Positions 21,654-31,007 of a DNA stretch of 64,000 bases are shown one piece after another. The notes under the pieces are model-generated. The model saw only the letters and a list, made by a program, of their open reading frames with translations, was not told the origin of the DNA and made no database searches. A program made the position numbers and the translations under genes. Every line of letters starts with the position of its first letter. The first letter of the stretch is position 1. The DNA lies in contig JAFRCD010000002.1 of NCBI GenBank assembly GCA_017404555.1, positions 59,793-123,792 on the forward strand, given 5' to 3'. The stretch comes from Bacilli bacterium (GTDB lineage: Bacteria; Bacillota_I; Bacilli_A; RF39; UBA660).

Positions 21654-21682
21654 GCAAAAAAAAGAACTATAAGTTCTTTTTA
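21654..21682 (-). terminator. Rho-independent terminator after the ZIP transporter gene
   Basis: Hairpin gaact-ata-agttc (21664-21676) followed by a U-run on the minus transcript. Confidence 0.5.
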
Positions 21683-22432
21683 AAATAAAGCCGAAATAAG
21701 CATAATAATTATTCCTAAAGCTACACCATATGTCTTTATCTGACGATTCTTTTTAGTCTTAACTCTAGGATATAGTTCATTTACCAAAATATAAATAAGC
21801 ATACCTACTGTAACTGATAATAAAACACCAATTAATACCTCACTTAAAGCTGTAACATTCAAGGCATACATAATTAGACCCCCTAAGAAGGTTGAAAAGG
21901 AAAGAGCTAGAATAATAATTAAGGTCTTCTTCTTAGAACGATTAGTTTGGTACAAAGTACTAGTAATAACCATTCCTAATGGAATGTTATGAGCCCCAAC
22001 ACCAATCATTGTTGCTAAGGCAGTACTGGTATTTACTAAGCCAGCTGAATAAATAGCCATTCCTTCAATAATGTTATGAATAATTAAGGCTATTGATGAT
22101 AAAACACCAATGTGAACTAAATTATCTTTCTGTTCTTTTTTAGTCATCTTAGCGTCTTCATGATCAGGAATAAAGTCATCTAAAATATCTAATACTAAGT
22201 AACCAACTACACCAAAAATAATAAATAGATAAATACTCTTAATACCAAATGCATCAGCAACTTCAGGTAATAAATCAATTAGAATCAACATGATAATAAC
22301 TGAAAAAGCTAAAGAGATGGAAAAATCTACATATTTTTCTTTGGAGTTAGATACAAAAGAAATAACACTTCCAATTAGAATAAACATTCCTAAGATTAAA
22401 GTAATAATTAAACCAAAAACTTTATAATCCAT
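21680..22432 (-). CDS. ZIP-family metal (zinc) transporter
   Basis: Eight TM helices with the ZIP-family His-rich motifs HNIIEGMAI and GVGAHNIPLG. Confidence 0.75.
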   Translation of the reverse strand: MDYKVFGLIITLILGMFILIGSVISFVSNSKEKYVDFSISLAFSVIIMLILIDLLPEVADAFGIKSIYLFIIFGVVGYLVLDILDDFIPDHEDAKMTKKEQKDNLVHIGVLSSIALIIHNIIEGMAIYSAGLVNTSTALATMIGVGAHNIPLGMVITSTLYQTNRSKKKTLIIILALSFSTFLGGLIMYALNVTALSEVLIGVLLSVTVGMLIYILVNELYPRVKTKKNRQIKTYGVALGIIIMLISALF

Positions 22433-22441
22433 AGTTACCTC

Positions 22442-23257
22442 CTATTTAATAAGTACTAATAGAATAACTATTATAGCTAAAACTATTCGATATATCATAA
22501 ATACTTTAAAGTCATGCTTTTTAAGATATTTAAGTAAGAACTTAATACAAATTAGACCCATAACAAATGAAGAAATAATACCAATTAAGAAGATACCTAA
22601 ATTATTAAGAATCATCACCCAAGTACTTTTCTTAACTAGTTTCAAAATGACTGCTCCTAAAACAACAGGTGCACTCAAATAGAAAGAAAATTTAGCAGCA
22701 TCTTCTCTATTTAGTTTTAATACTCTAGCACTAGCTATTGTAGTACCACTTCTAGAAAAACCTGGTATTAAAGCCAAGACTTGACTACAACCAATGATTA
22801 AAGCTTCTTTTAAAGTAAGTTTCTTTAATGAATTAGTACTCTCACTTAACTTATCAGCATAATAAATAATGATACCCATAACAATTAGAGCTAAAGCTAT
22901 AATAATATAATTAGACCTAATCATATCTTCAATAGCATCTTCAAATAAGAGTCCTACTATAGCAGCTGGTATTGTCGCTATGACAATAGCCCAGAAAAGT
23001 TTACCTGATGTTGTTTTAACTCCTTTAGTAAGACCTTCACTAATCATTTTAATAAAATCATTGAAGAAAAAAACAATAATAGCTAATAATGTTCCTAAAT
23101 GAAGAGCGACATCAAAAGTAAACTCTAAGTTTTTACCCATGAACATACCAATACCAAAAACATCTCTAAAGATAATTAAATGAGCAGATGATGATATCGG
23201 TAAAAATTCAGCTATTCCTTGTACTATTCCTAAAATTATTATTTGTAATGTATGCAT
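22442..23257 (-). CDS. uppP: Undecaprenyl-diphosphate phosphatase
   Basis: BacA/UppP N-terminal signature GIVQGIAEFLPISSSAHL. Confidence 0.9.
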   Translation of the reverse strand: MHTLQIIILGIVQGIAEFLPISSSAHLIIFRDVFGIGMFMGKNLEFTFDVALHLGTLLAIIVFFFNDFIKMISEGLTKGVKTTSGKLFWAIVIATIPAAIVGLLFEDAIEDMIRSNYIIIALALIVMGIIIYYADKLSESTNSLKKLTLKEALIIGCSQVLALIPGFSRSGTTIASARVLKLNREDAAKFSFYLSAPVVLGAVILKLVKKSTWVMILNNLGIFLIGIISSFVMGLICIKFLLKYLKKHDFKVFMIYRIVLAIIVILLVLIK

Positions 23258-23258
23258 A

Positions 23259-24089
23259 TTATTTATCTCCTAACTTATAACCAATAGTAAGTCCTAAAAA
23301 GACTAAAACTAAGGCTACTAAAACTTCATATAGACTAGGACTTAGTCCAAATAATGGAACAATTAAAGCTATTATTGAAGCTAAAACAAATCCTAGAATA
23401 CCATAATAAGTTTTTGTTTTATATTTATTGAGTAACATTTCAATTAATTTAGCAATTAAGACTATGCCAATTAAGATACCAAGTCCAAATGGTATTAAGA
23501 TTAATAAACTATGAGTAAAGTTATCCGTCAAATGACTAATAGTATTAATAATTGGTTTATAATATCCTAAAAGCATTAGAACAAAAGATCCCGATACACC
23601 AGGAATGATCATAGTACCAGCCGCTACCATTCCAACTAAGAATAATAAACAGCCACTACCAAGGGTTAAAGTATCTAAAGTTACTGCTTTAGTATCGGTC
23701 TTCATAAATGTCATAGCCATAATTAAACCAAAGGTAATTAGAAAGACTATTACATTAGAGACTGTTACCTTCTCTTTTTTTACTTTACGACCAATTAATG
23801 GTACTCCACCTAATATAAGAGCAATAAAGAATAAAGTAGTTGGGAATGGATATTTAGAAAGACACCAATCAATTACTTTACTCATTAATAGAATAGCTAA
23901 GCCAGCACCAATAATAATTGGTAATAGAAACTTAATATTCTTCTTAAAATTAGTAAAGAAGTGACTAATAGCTTTAATTAGGTCTTCATAAATACCCAGA
24001 GTAATAGCTAATGTTCCCCCACTTACTCCTGGGATAATATTAGCTATTCCAAAGACAAAGCCCTTAATTCCTAAAATAATATTTTTCAT
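23259..24089 (-). CDS. DUF368-family membrane protein (PopT-like putative undecaprenyl-phosphate translocase)
   Basis: Duplicated PGVSGG/PGVSGS motifs characteristic of DUF368. Lies immediately upstream of uppP with a 2-nt gap. Confidence 0.7.
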   Translation of the reverse strand: MKNIILGIKGFVFGIANIIPGVSGGTLAITLGIYEDLIKAISHFFTNFKKNIKFLLPIIIGAGLAILLMSKVIDWCLSKYPFPTTLFFIALILGGVPLIGRKVKKEKVTVSNVIVFLITFGLIMAMTFMKTDTKAVTLDTLTLGSGCLLFLVGMVAAGTMIIPGVSGSFVLMLLGYYKPIINTISHLTDNFTHSLLILIPFGLGILIGIVLIAKLIEMLLNKYKTKTYYGILGFVLASIIALIVPLFGLSPSLYEVLVALVLVFLGLTIGYKLGDK

Positions 24090-24097
24090 GTCATCAC

Positions 24098-25654
24098 CTA
24101 GTTTTCAAAATATTCCATCATCAAAGGAACAATATGCTGTTTTCTCGACATACATCCTTTAATAAAAGTTCCTTCTTGTAAATCATCAACACCATAGACC
24201 ATTTCTATAGTTTCTTTAGCTTTGGTATTATATAAAACATAAGAACCATCTTTATTAATATCAGTAATATATAAAGTAACTAAACTATAATTATTGGCAC
24301 TAGCTACTTGATCTAATACTTTAATATATTCAGGAAGTTCTTCTTTTATTTCAGTATAGTTATTAGTGAAGAACTGTCCAACTGCAAAGATATGATCTTT
24401 GGTATTATAAACTTTAAAGTCATTATAAAGAATATCTTCTTTACTCATGTTTTCTAATGAATTACCTGCAGCAATTAATTCCATACCATATCTTTCATAA
24501 TCAATACCGGTAATTCTAGATAGTTCTTTAACTGCTTTAATATCAGCTTTAGTAGCAGTAGTACTCTTTAATACTAGAGTATCTGATAAAATACCAGAAA
24601 GTAACAATCCCGCTATTTCTTTAGGTATTTCTATCTTACTAGCAGCAAACAAATAATAAATAATAGTACTAGTAGAACCAACAACCATAGCTGTATAATT
24701 AAGAGCTTTATTAGTAGTTAAATTACCCAAATTATGATGATCAACTATTTCAATAATTTCAGCTTCATCAATACCATCAGCACTTTGCATCTTATCATTA
24801 TGATCAACTAATACTACTTGCTTTCTTCTCTTGTCATTTAAATCAGTTATCTTTAATAATCCTAAACATTTATTATGTTTATCAACTATTGGATAATTAG
24901 CATGTTTAAGCTTTTTATTAACATCTAATACATTATCAACATAATCATCTTCGGAGAACTTAATCGTATTATAATTCTCAACCAAAGTATTAGTATAATT
25001 AGAAAGACTAATTAATCTACCAACATTATAACTATCATATAAAGTAGATATAACATTTATTCTTTTTTCTTTAACTATTTCTAATTCAGAAGCAGATAAC
25101 TCATTACTATTAATCAAAACAATTAAATCAATATCATCAAGAGAAATATTACTTATCTTATCAGTAACAATTACTCTTTTATTAACTAAAGTACTTTCTA
25201 TTTCAGAAGTCACTTTTAATACTTCTGTTCCTTTTAAAACATCTAATAAATTATCATAAGAAGTTATTAACTTATTAGTATTATTTAAAAAATCACGAGC
25301 TAAATCTTTAATTGTAATAAGTCCTAGAAATTCTTTATCTTTATTAACAACGGGAATAGCTGTTAAATCATCAGTTACCATCTTTTGATAGGCTGTATAA
25401 AGTGGTTCATCCTCTTCAATATAGAAATCATGATGATAGTTAATGTCTTTTAATTGTAATTTAACATCATTTAAATACTTTGGTACTGCAACACGAAAAT
25501 AATCGAGAACATATTTAGTCTCCTTATTAATGTCTCCTAATACACGTGCTTCAGTATTCATCCCCAATTTATTCTTTAAATAAGAAAGGGCAATAGATGA
25601 AACAACGGAATCAGTATCAGGCTTCTTGTGACCAAAGATATATACCTTATCCAT
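24098..25654 (-). CDS. ppaC: Family II (Mn-dependent) inorganic pyrophosphatase with a CBS-domain insertion
   Basis: DHH N-terminus (FGHKKPDTDSVVSSIA), an internal CBS pair, and the DHHA2 C-terminus. Confidence 0.85.
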   Translation of the reverse strand: MDKVYIFGHKKPDTDSVVSSIALSYLKNKLGMNTEARVLGDINKETKYVLDYFRVAVPKYLNDVKLQLKDINYHHDFYIEEDEPLYTAYQKMVTDDLTAIPVVNKDKEFLGLITIKDLARDFLNNTNKLITSYDNLLDVLKGTEVLKVTSEIESTLVNKRVIVTDKISNISLDDIDLIVLINSNELSASELEIVKEKRINVISTLYDSYNVGRLISLSNYTNTLVENYNTIKFSEDDYVDNVLDVNKKLKHANYPIVDKHNKCLGLLKITDLNDKRRKQVVLVDHNDKMQSADGIDEAEIIEIVDHHNLGNLTTNKALNYTAMVVGSTSTIIYYLFAASKIEIPKEIAGLLLSGILSDTLVLKSTTATKADIKAVKELSRITGIDYERYGMELIAAGNSLENMSKEDILYNDFKVYNTKDHIFAVGQFFTNNYTEIKEELPEYIKVLDQVASANNYSLVTLYITDINKDGSYVLYNTKAKETIEMVYGVDDLQEGTFIKGCMSRKQHIVPLMMEYFEN

Positions 25655-25703
25655 CCTATCACTTACTTTCTCTTAAATTATAGCAAAAATATATCAATAA
25701 GTA

Positions 25704-25739
25704 AAATAAAAAAATCTAAAATCTTTTTCTGATTTTAGA
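25704..25739 (-). terminator. Rho-independent terminator after rpmF
   Basis: Inverted repeat tctaaaatc/gattttaga with a 7-nt loop, followed by a U-run on the minus transcript. Confidence 0.55.
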
Positions 25740-25741
25740 CT

Positions 25742-25942
25742 TTATTCTTCAGTTTCAACAACTTTATTTTTCTTATAAGATCCACACTTAGGACATACAC
25801 GATGAGGTTTAATCATTTCTCCACAGCTTGGACATTTTACTAAACCTTTTACTTCGATTGCATTATGGCTTCTTCTAAGTCTTTTTCTTGTTTTTGATAC
25901 CTTACGAGCTGGTACTGCAAAAAGTTGAATATTAAGTCTCAT
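25742..25942 (-). CDS. rpmF: 50S ribosomal protein L32
   Basis: [18 protein letters not shown] and the CxxC...CxxC zinc-ribbon. The ORF carries a 9-aa N-terminal extension relative to typical L32. Confidence 0.85.
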   Translation of the reverse strand: MRLNIQLFAVPARKVSKTRKRLRRSHNAIEVKGLVKCPSCGEMIKPHRVCPKCGSYKKNKVVETEE

Positions 25943-25946
25943 TTTA

Positions 25947-26414
25947 TCACTCCTTATTTATTTCTTCTAATAATTCTTTAAAAGGATTATTGGTATTTAT
26001 CTCTTCATCTTCCCCTCTTAAAGACCAATCTTTTCCTTGATACTTGGAAAAGTCATTGACTTCGGTATACCTAACCGGTACCTCTAGGACAATATTTTGC
26101 CACAAAAACTCATATAAATCAAGTGAATTTGGTAAATTTTCCTCGTTTTCGAAGAGATTACCATCTACTTTAGCATTAAACTCATAATAAACATCTTCTA
26201 AAGAAATAGCATCTTCTAAAAGCATTTTCCCAGTTATATCAAGATCAACTTTAATTTCATCAGCACTATCTCTAAAAATACTACCCAATACTTTAATACC
26301 ATTTAATTCCTTAACATCACTATTTTCAAAGTAGTTTTTAGGAATATCTACTACTCTATCTATTTCTATTTTATCAACATTATGCGAATTGAGCATTGTT
26401 AAATCAATATTCAT
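25947..26414 (-). CDS. yceD: YceD/DUF177-family protein (large-subunit accumulation protein)
   Basis: Acidic 155-aa protein immediately upstream of rpmF, the conserved yceD-rpmF arrangement. Confidence 0.55.
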   Translation of the reverse strand: MNIDLTMLNSHNVDKIEIDRVVDIPKNYFENSDVKELNGIKVLGSIFRDSADEIKVDLDITGKMLLEDAISLEDVYYEFNAKVDGNLFENEENLPNSLDLYEFLWQNIVLEVPVRYTEVNDFSKYQGKDWSLRGEDEEINTNNPFKELLEEINKE

Positions 26415-26514
26415 ATTATCACCACTATTATTATAGCGATAAATAATCTTAAAGGCAATTCCATTTGCACCTTTTTATTCTTTTTGATAAACTTTGTGTA
26501 AAGGAGGGATCTCT

Positions 26515-27660
26515 ATGAAAAGCATTGGTATAATCGCTGAATATAATCCTTTTACTAAGGGACATCTATATCATTTAGAAAAAGTTAAAGAAATGTTTCC
26601 TGATTATGCAATAATTGCGGTAATAAGTGGTAACTTTACTGAACGAGGTGATGTTTCTATAATTGATAAATTTACTAAAACTGAAATAGCTTTAAAGATG
26701 GGAATAGACTTAGTAATAGAACTACCTTATGGCTATGCGACTGATTCAGCTGATTTCTTTTCTTATGCTGCTTTAAAAATATTAAATGAATTACAAGTAG
26801 AAAAAATAGTCTTTGGTAGTGAAAGTGCTAATATAGATGATATGAAAATTATTGCTGAAACTCAAGTTAATAATAAAGACTTCGATAATTTAGTAAAGAT
26901 TAATATGCGACTAGGTACTAACTATCCAACAGCCATCTCCAATACTATATATGAACTAACTAATAAGAAGATTACTACTCCTAATGACCTTTTAGGAATA
27001 AGCTATTTAAAAGAAATATATATAAATAAATATAATATAGAACCTATATCTATTAAAAGAACAAGTGATTATAATAGTACTAGTCTAAATAATAAATATC
27101 CTAGTGCCAGTGCGATTAGAGAGGCTCTAGAAAAAGGTAAAGAAATAAAGAATTATGTACCAAAAGAAGTATACAATATATTAAAGAAAACCACCCTGCA
27201 CTTTCAAGATGATTACTTTAGTATCTTAAAATATAAAATAATGACTACAGACGATATATCTATTTATCATGGTATTGATGAAGGAATTGAAAATAAAATT
27301 AAAAAGAGTATCTTAAAAGCCAACAATACTGACGAATTAATCGATCAAGTAAAATCAAAAAGATATACTTATAACAGAATCAAAAGAATGTTAAACCATA
27401 TACTATGTGAATATACTAAAGACAAAAAGAAAGAAATTAAAGATATTAATTATATTAGAGTATTGGGTTATAATGATAAAGGAAAAGTATACTTAAACAA
27501 AATAAAGAAAGATACAAACATTAAAATAATAAGTAACTTTTCTAAAGCTAAAGATCCTTTAATGGATTTAGAATTCTTAGCTACTATTACTTATGCTTCT
27601 ACTCTAGATGAAAAAGAAAAACAAAATTTAATAGAAAAAGAATTTAAGCATCATCCTTAA
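26515..27660 (+). CDS. tmcAL: tRNA(Met) cytidine acetate ligase (UPF0348/YlbM family nucleotidyltransferase)
   Basis: N-terminal IGIIAEYNPFTKGHLYHL HxGH-like motif. Start moved to the ATG at 26515 behind an AGGAGGG RBS. Divergent from yceD-rpmF, as in Bacillus ylbM-ylbN-rpmF. Confidence 0.7.
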   Translation: MKSIGIIAEYNPFTKGHLYHLEKVKEMFPDYAIIAVISGNFTERGDVSIIDKFTKTEIALKMGIDLVIELPYGYATDSADFFSYAALKILNELQVEKIVFGSESANIDDMKIIAETQVNNKDFDNLVKINMRLGTNYPTAISNTIYELTNKKITTPNDLLGISYLKEIYINKYNIEPISIKRTSDYNSTSLNNKYPSASAIREALEKGKEIKNYVPKEVYNILKKTTLHFQDDYFSILKYKIMTTDDISIYHGIDEGIENKIKKSILKANNTDELIDQVKSKRYTYNRIKRMLNHILCEYTKDKKKEIKDINYIRVLGYNDKGKVYLNKIKKDTNIKIISNFSKAKDPLMDLEFLATITYASTLDEKEKQNLIEKEFKHHP

Positions 27661-27673
27661 ATTCTTTTTTATA

Positions 27674-29611
27674 TTACTTTTGATGTTTCACCTTTAATTT
27701 TTCTCTATTTTGAAATAATAACACTCCTCCAACACCTATACCGACTAGTATTAGATAAGGTAGGATTGTTAGAAATAATCCTGTCACCGGTGAACCTTCT
27801 CTTTGATTATAGAAATTAACAACATTACCATTATGAGTTATCGAGTTAGATCCCGTATCATTTCCACTAGACTCACTTCCACTATTTATCTTAAAGGTTG
27901 TGGTATAGTCACTTTCTGTACCTTCTATTATCTTGTAATAATCATCTATAGAAATAGAGTCGTAAGTATTGTTGTTATATGTAAACTGTCCTATAGTAGC
28001 TGTTTCTCCATGATTTAGAGTAATTGAATCTTTTGTACCACTCTTACACTTAGTTACTTCAGAACCATCTTCAGGTACTCCTGTTCCTTTTATTAAGTAT
28101 TTCTCACTTCCAGAGTAACTTTGACAAGCACTACTTGCAGCATCATCTACTTGAACACTGAAACTAAAGTCTTTAGTTCTATCAGCCATAATACCTTTAA
28201 CTGTTTTAGTTAGTTCTATATGTCCAAACTTAGTTTCATCCTTTGGCTCATTAAAAGGCATATTACTTACTTTGGTATCATTATCATCTTTAATAACAAA
28301 CTTAGCATTAAAGTTTCCTGTTGGAGTTCCATTTTGATCAGTTACATTTGTTACTTGTACTATTACTGTATATTCATTATCATTATCTACTGGATATGCA
28401 CTATTACTAGTAGCAGTCTCTTTCACAGTCAATTCATAATTGCCTGGTTTTTTAAAGCTTAGTCCCATATTAGCAAAATTAATTGTTGTACTCTTATTTA
28501 CTGTATAACTATTACTTACAGTTTCAGTTCCAGCGAAAGATATGTCTTGGGTGTAGAATACTATTCCACTACCAAAAGTTGGTGATTGGGATGGAGATGA
28601 TACTTGACTACCCTTTATAACGTTTGATCCTGCTGATTTAGTAGCGATTATATTATCAATATTAGAAGTTCCACTCCCATAGTTTACTGATATTTGGGTT
28701 CCTGATTGCGTAGCTGCATTAGTAAAGGCACCACTATAATTTGTTGGGTTAGCTAATATCTGAATTGTCCCAGAAGCATTTGTACAACCATTGAACATAT
28801 TATTAACATTAGTCACCCTTGAAGTGTCCCAATTACTAATACTATTTATATTGCTCAAACTACTACAGCTATCAAACATCCCTCCCATATTTGTTACTTT
28901 GGAAGTGTTCCAATCTGATAAAGAATTTATACTTGTTAAAGAACTACAGTAAATGAACATGGCAGACATAGTAGTTACATTTGAAAGATCCCACGCACTT
29001 GTTGCATCTACACTAGATAATTGTGAACAATATGCAAACATCCAAGATGTATTAGTTGTTTTAGAAGCATCTACTAAACTAAGGCCTGATATATCCATTA
29101 ATCCTTGCATGTTTCTAAACATGTTGGCAGAAGATGAATTCAAGTATATTTTATCTGCTTCACTATAATAATACATCGTTCCGTCCGTACTATCAAAAAA
29201 GATGTATATTGGAAACTCCGAATTGGCTACCGATACTGTGTTTGCTGCGGTTGGAACAAAACCACTTGGTAAAGAACCAGCTTTTTTTATAGATTTTATT
29301 GCAGTGTCAGGTGAGCTGTATGTCTTTGTTGAACCATTAGCAAGAGTTTTCATTATTCCATTAACTGTTGTTCCTGTGTTAAAAGTTGCCAATCTAATTA
29401 GTGAGGTATCTTCTGTTGATATACTATAAGTAAAATCTACTACAGGAGCATTATAAACGTTTTGTATTGTCCTTGATATTGTTGCAGTACTACCATCTGG
29501 CCAGTTAACAGTACCTGCCGCTTTTACTTCCATTGTTTTGAATGTTAACACTCCTACTAGTGCTACTACAAGTATTAAAGTTATATTGTATAAATTAAAT
29601 ACTTTTTTCAT
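27674..29611 (-). CDS. Cell-surface protein with DUF285-type repeats and an SPVTG sorting signal; paralogue of 5795..7135
   Basis: Signal peptide. Tandem repeats of about 26 aa with W-[DN]-[TL]-S-x-V-T-x-M-x-x-M-F-x-x-C. C-terminal module shared with 5795..7135, then SPVTG + hydrophobic stretch + NREKLKVKHQK. Confidence 0.6.
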   Translation of the reverse strand: MKKVFNLYNITLILVVALVGVLTFKTMEVKAAGTVNWPDGSTATISRTIQNVYNAPVVDFTYSISTEDTSLIRLATFNTGTTVNGIMKTLANGSTKTYSSPDTAIKSIKKAGSLPSGFVPTAANTVSVANSEFPIYIFFDSTDGTMYYYSEADKIYLNSSSANMFRNMQGLMDISGLSLVDASKTTNTSWMFAYCSQLSSVDATSAWDLSNVTTMSAMFIYCSSLTSINSLSDWNTSKVTNMGGMFDSCSSLSNINSISNWDTSRVTNVNNMFNGCTNASGTIQILANPTNYSGAFTNAATQSGTQISVNYGSGTSNIDNIIATKSAGSNVIKGSQVSSPSQSPTFGSGIVFYTQDISFAGTETVSNSYTVNKSTTINFANMGLSFKKPGNYELTVKETATSNSAYPVDNDNEYTVIVQVTNVTDQNGTPTGNFNAKFVIKDDNDTKVSNMPFNEPKDETKFGHIELTKTVKGIMADRTKDFSFSVQVDDAASSACQSYSGSEKYLIKGTGVPEDGSEVTKCKSGTKDSITLNHGETATIGQFTYNNNTYDSISIDDYYKIIEGTESDYTTTFKINSGSESSGNDTGSNSITHNGNVVNFYNQREGSPVTGLFLTILPYLILVGIGVGGVLLFQNREKLKVKHQK

Positions 29612-29621
29612 ATGCTTTTCC

Positions 29622-29642
29622 CTACCTTATATATTTATTATA
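29622..29642 (-). promoter_or_regulatory. Conserved 21-nt promoter/leader motif (identical to 7144..7164)
   Basis: ctaccttatatatttattata lies upstream of 27674..29611. Confidence 0.4.
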
Positions 29643-29692
29643 CCTTTTATTATAATGTAAAAACAAGGTATTTAGCCTTGTTTACAATTCTT

Positions 29693-30931
29693 TTACATAT
29701 TCTTGGGTAAAGTAATACTTACTGTTGTTCCTTTATTAGGTATTGATCTATATTTAATTGTTCCACTATGAAGTTCTATTATTTCTTTAGATAGAGGTAC
29801 TCCTAGACCAGTTCCTTTACTTTTAGTAGTAAAAAACATTTTATTTATCTTGTTTAAAGTCTTTTTATCCATACCAATACCATTATCTTTAATTATTATC
29901 TTTACTTCTTTAGTACTATTTATTACTTTAATATTAATAAGCATTTTATCTTTTACTTTTTTAGCTTCTAAAGAATTTTTTAAGATATTTACTAATACTT
30001 GTTTCAATCTATTATAGTCAGCATTAACAATTATTTCTTCACTTTTAATATCAGTTTCCACTTTAACATTATTCTTTTTTAATAAAGTATTAGAATTAGT
30101 TATTACTTCTTCGATTAAAACATTAATATCCATTTCCTCTTTATTTATTTTGATCTTAGTATAATCTAGAAAATCATCCATTAATATTAGAGTCCTTGAT
30201 ATTTCCTCATCTATAATATTTAGGTACTTTTCTCTATTCTCTTCCTTAATATTATCTTTTTTCATCATGTCAATATACCCTTTACAAACGGCAATAGGAT
30301 TTTTAATTTCATGAGTCATTTTAAATAATGATTCTCTTAAAGCTTTTTCCTTTTCTAATTCACGTAAAGTAATATTTAAACTTACAGTTTCTTCAACCTT
30401 CTTAATTAATTCAGTTATTATATAAGTAGTAACACTTAGAATAATCATTTCCATAAATATTAAGAAAACATTATACATAAATGAAGCATGAGGCATAATA
30501 TAGATAAATATTTCTAAACTAATAATAAAAGCTTTTATAATTAAGAACCTGCTTATAAATTTATTAAAACTAGTTGTTTTGATAAATAGCACATAATAAA
30601 TAATGTATTCTATTATTAAAAGGACAATATTAATATTAAAATCAATATATGAAAGTACTATCACAATAATTGATATTATAATAGAAAGATCTTTTCTTTT
30701 CTTTAAATAAGCTACTAGTAAGGGAACATTTATTAAAAGTAATTGATATATCCACAAATCTTTATTATGTAATTTAACAAGAAGAAATATTGATGATAAT
30801 AAAGCTAATTCTAATAGTTCTTTTCTTTCATTAATATCTAAGTTTTTAGTATAAACAATATATAACAAATAAGCCATTATGGGAAATAGTATATATATTG
30901 AAGTGAGTATAATAGTTTCAAATAATTGCAT
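29693..30931 (-). CDS. Orphan membrane sensor histidine kinase
   Basis: Five or six N-terminal TM helices, an H-box HEIKNPIAV, and N/G1/G2 boxes (NLLKNSLEA, DNGIGM, GTGLGV). No response regulator is adjacent. Confidence 0.8.
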   Translation of the reverse strand: MQLFETIILTSIYILFPIMAYLLYIVYTKNLDINERKELLELALLSSIFLLVKLHNKDLWIYQLLLINVPLLVAYLKKRKDLSIIISIIVIVLSYIDFNINIVLLIIEYIIYYVLFIKTTSFNKFISRFLIIKAFIISLEIFIYIMPHASFMYNVFLIFMEMIILSVTTYIITELIKKVEETVSLNITLRELEKEKALRESLFKMTHEIKNPIAVCKGYIDMMKKDNIKEENREKYLNIIDEEISRTLILMDDFLDYTKIKINKEEMDINVLIEEVITNSNTLLKKNNVKVETDIKSEEIIVNADYNRLKQVLVNILKNSLEAKKVKDKMLINIKVINSTKEVKIIIKDNGIGMDKKTLNKINKMFFTTKSKGTGLGVPLSKEIIELHSGTIKYRSIPNKGTTVSITLPKNM

Positions 30932-31007
30932 TCTACCACCTCAATGATATAGTACTATTTTCTGGTGTCGAATTTTGTCGAAATATGAAAAAAATAGCAA
31001 AAATTTG

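Noticed and set aside
24098-25654. CBS-domain pyrophosphatase as a novel fusion
   Set aside because: CBS/DRTGG-containing family II pyrophosphatases are a well-known Clostridial variant, not novel.
30932-31007. Short inverted repeats (tagcaaa/tttgcta and tcgaa/ttcga) downstream of the EIIB-like gene
   Set aside because: The stems are only 4-5 bp in an AT-rich spacer. They are too weak to call a terminator or operator with confidence.
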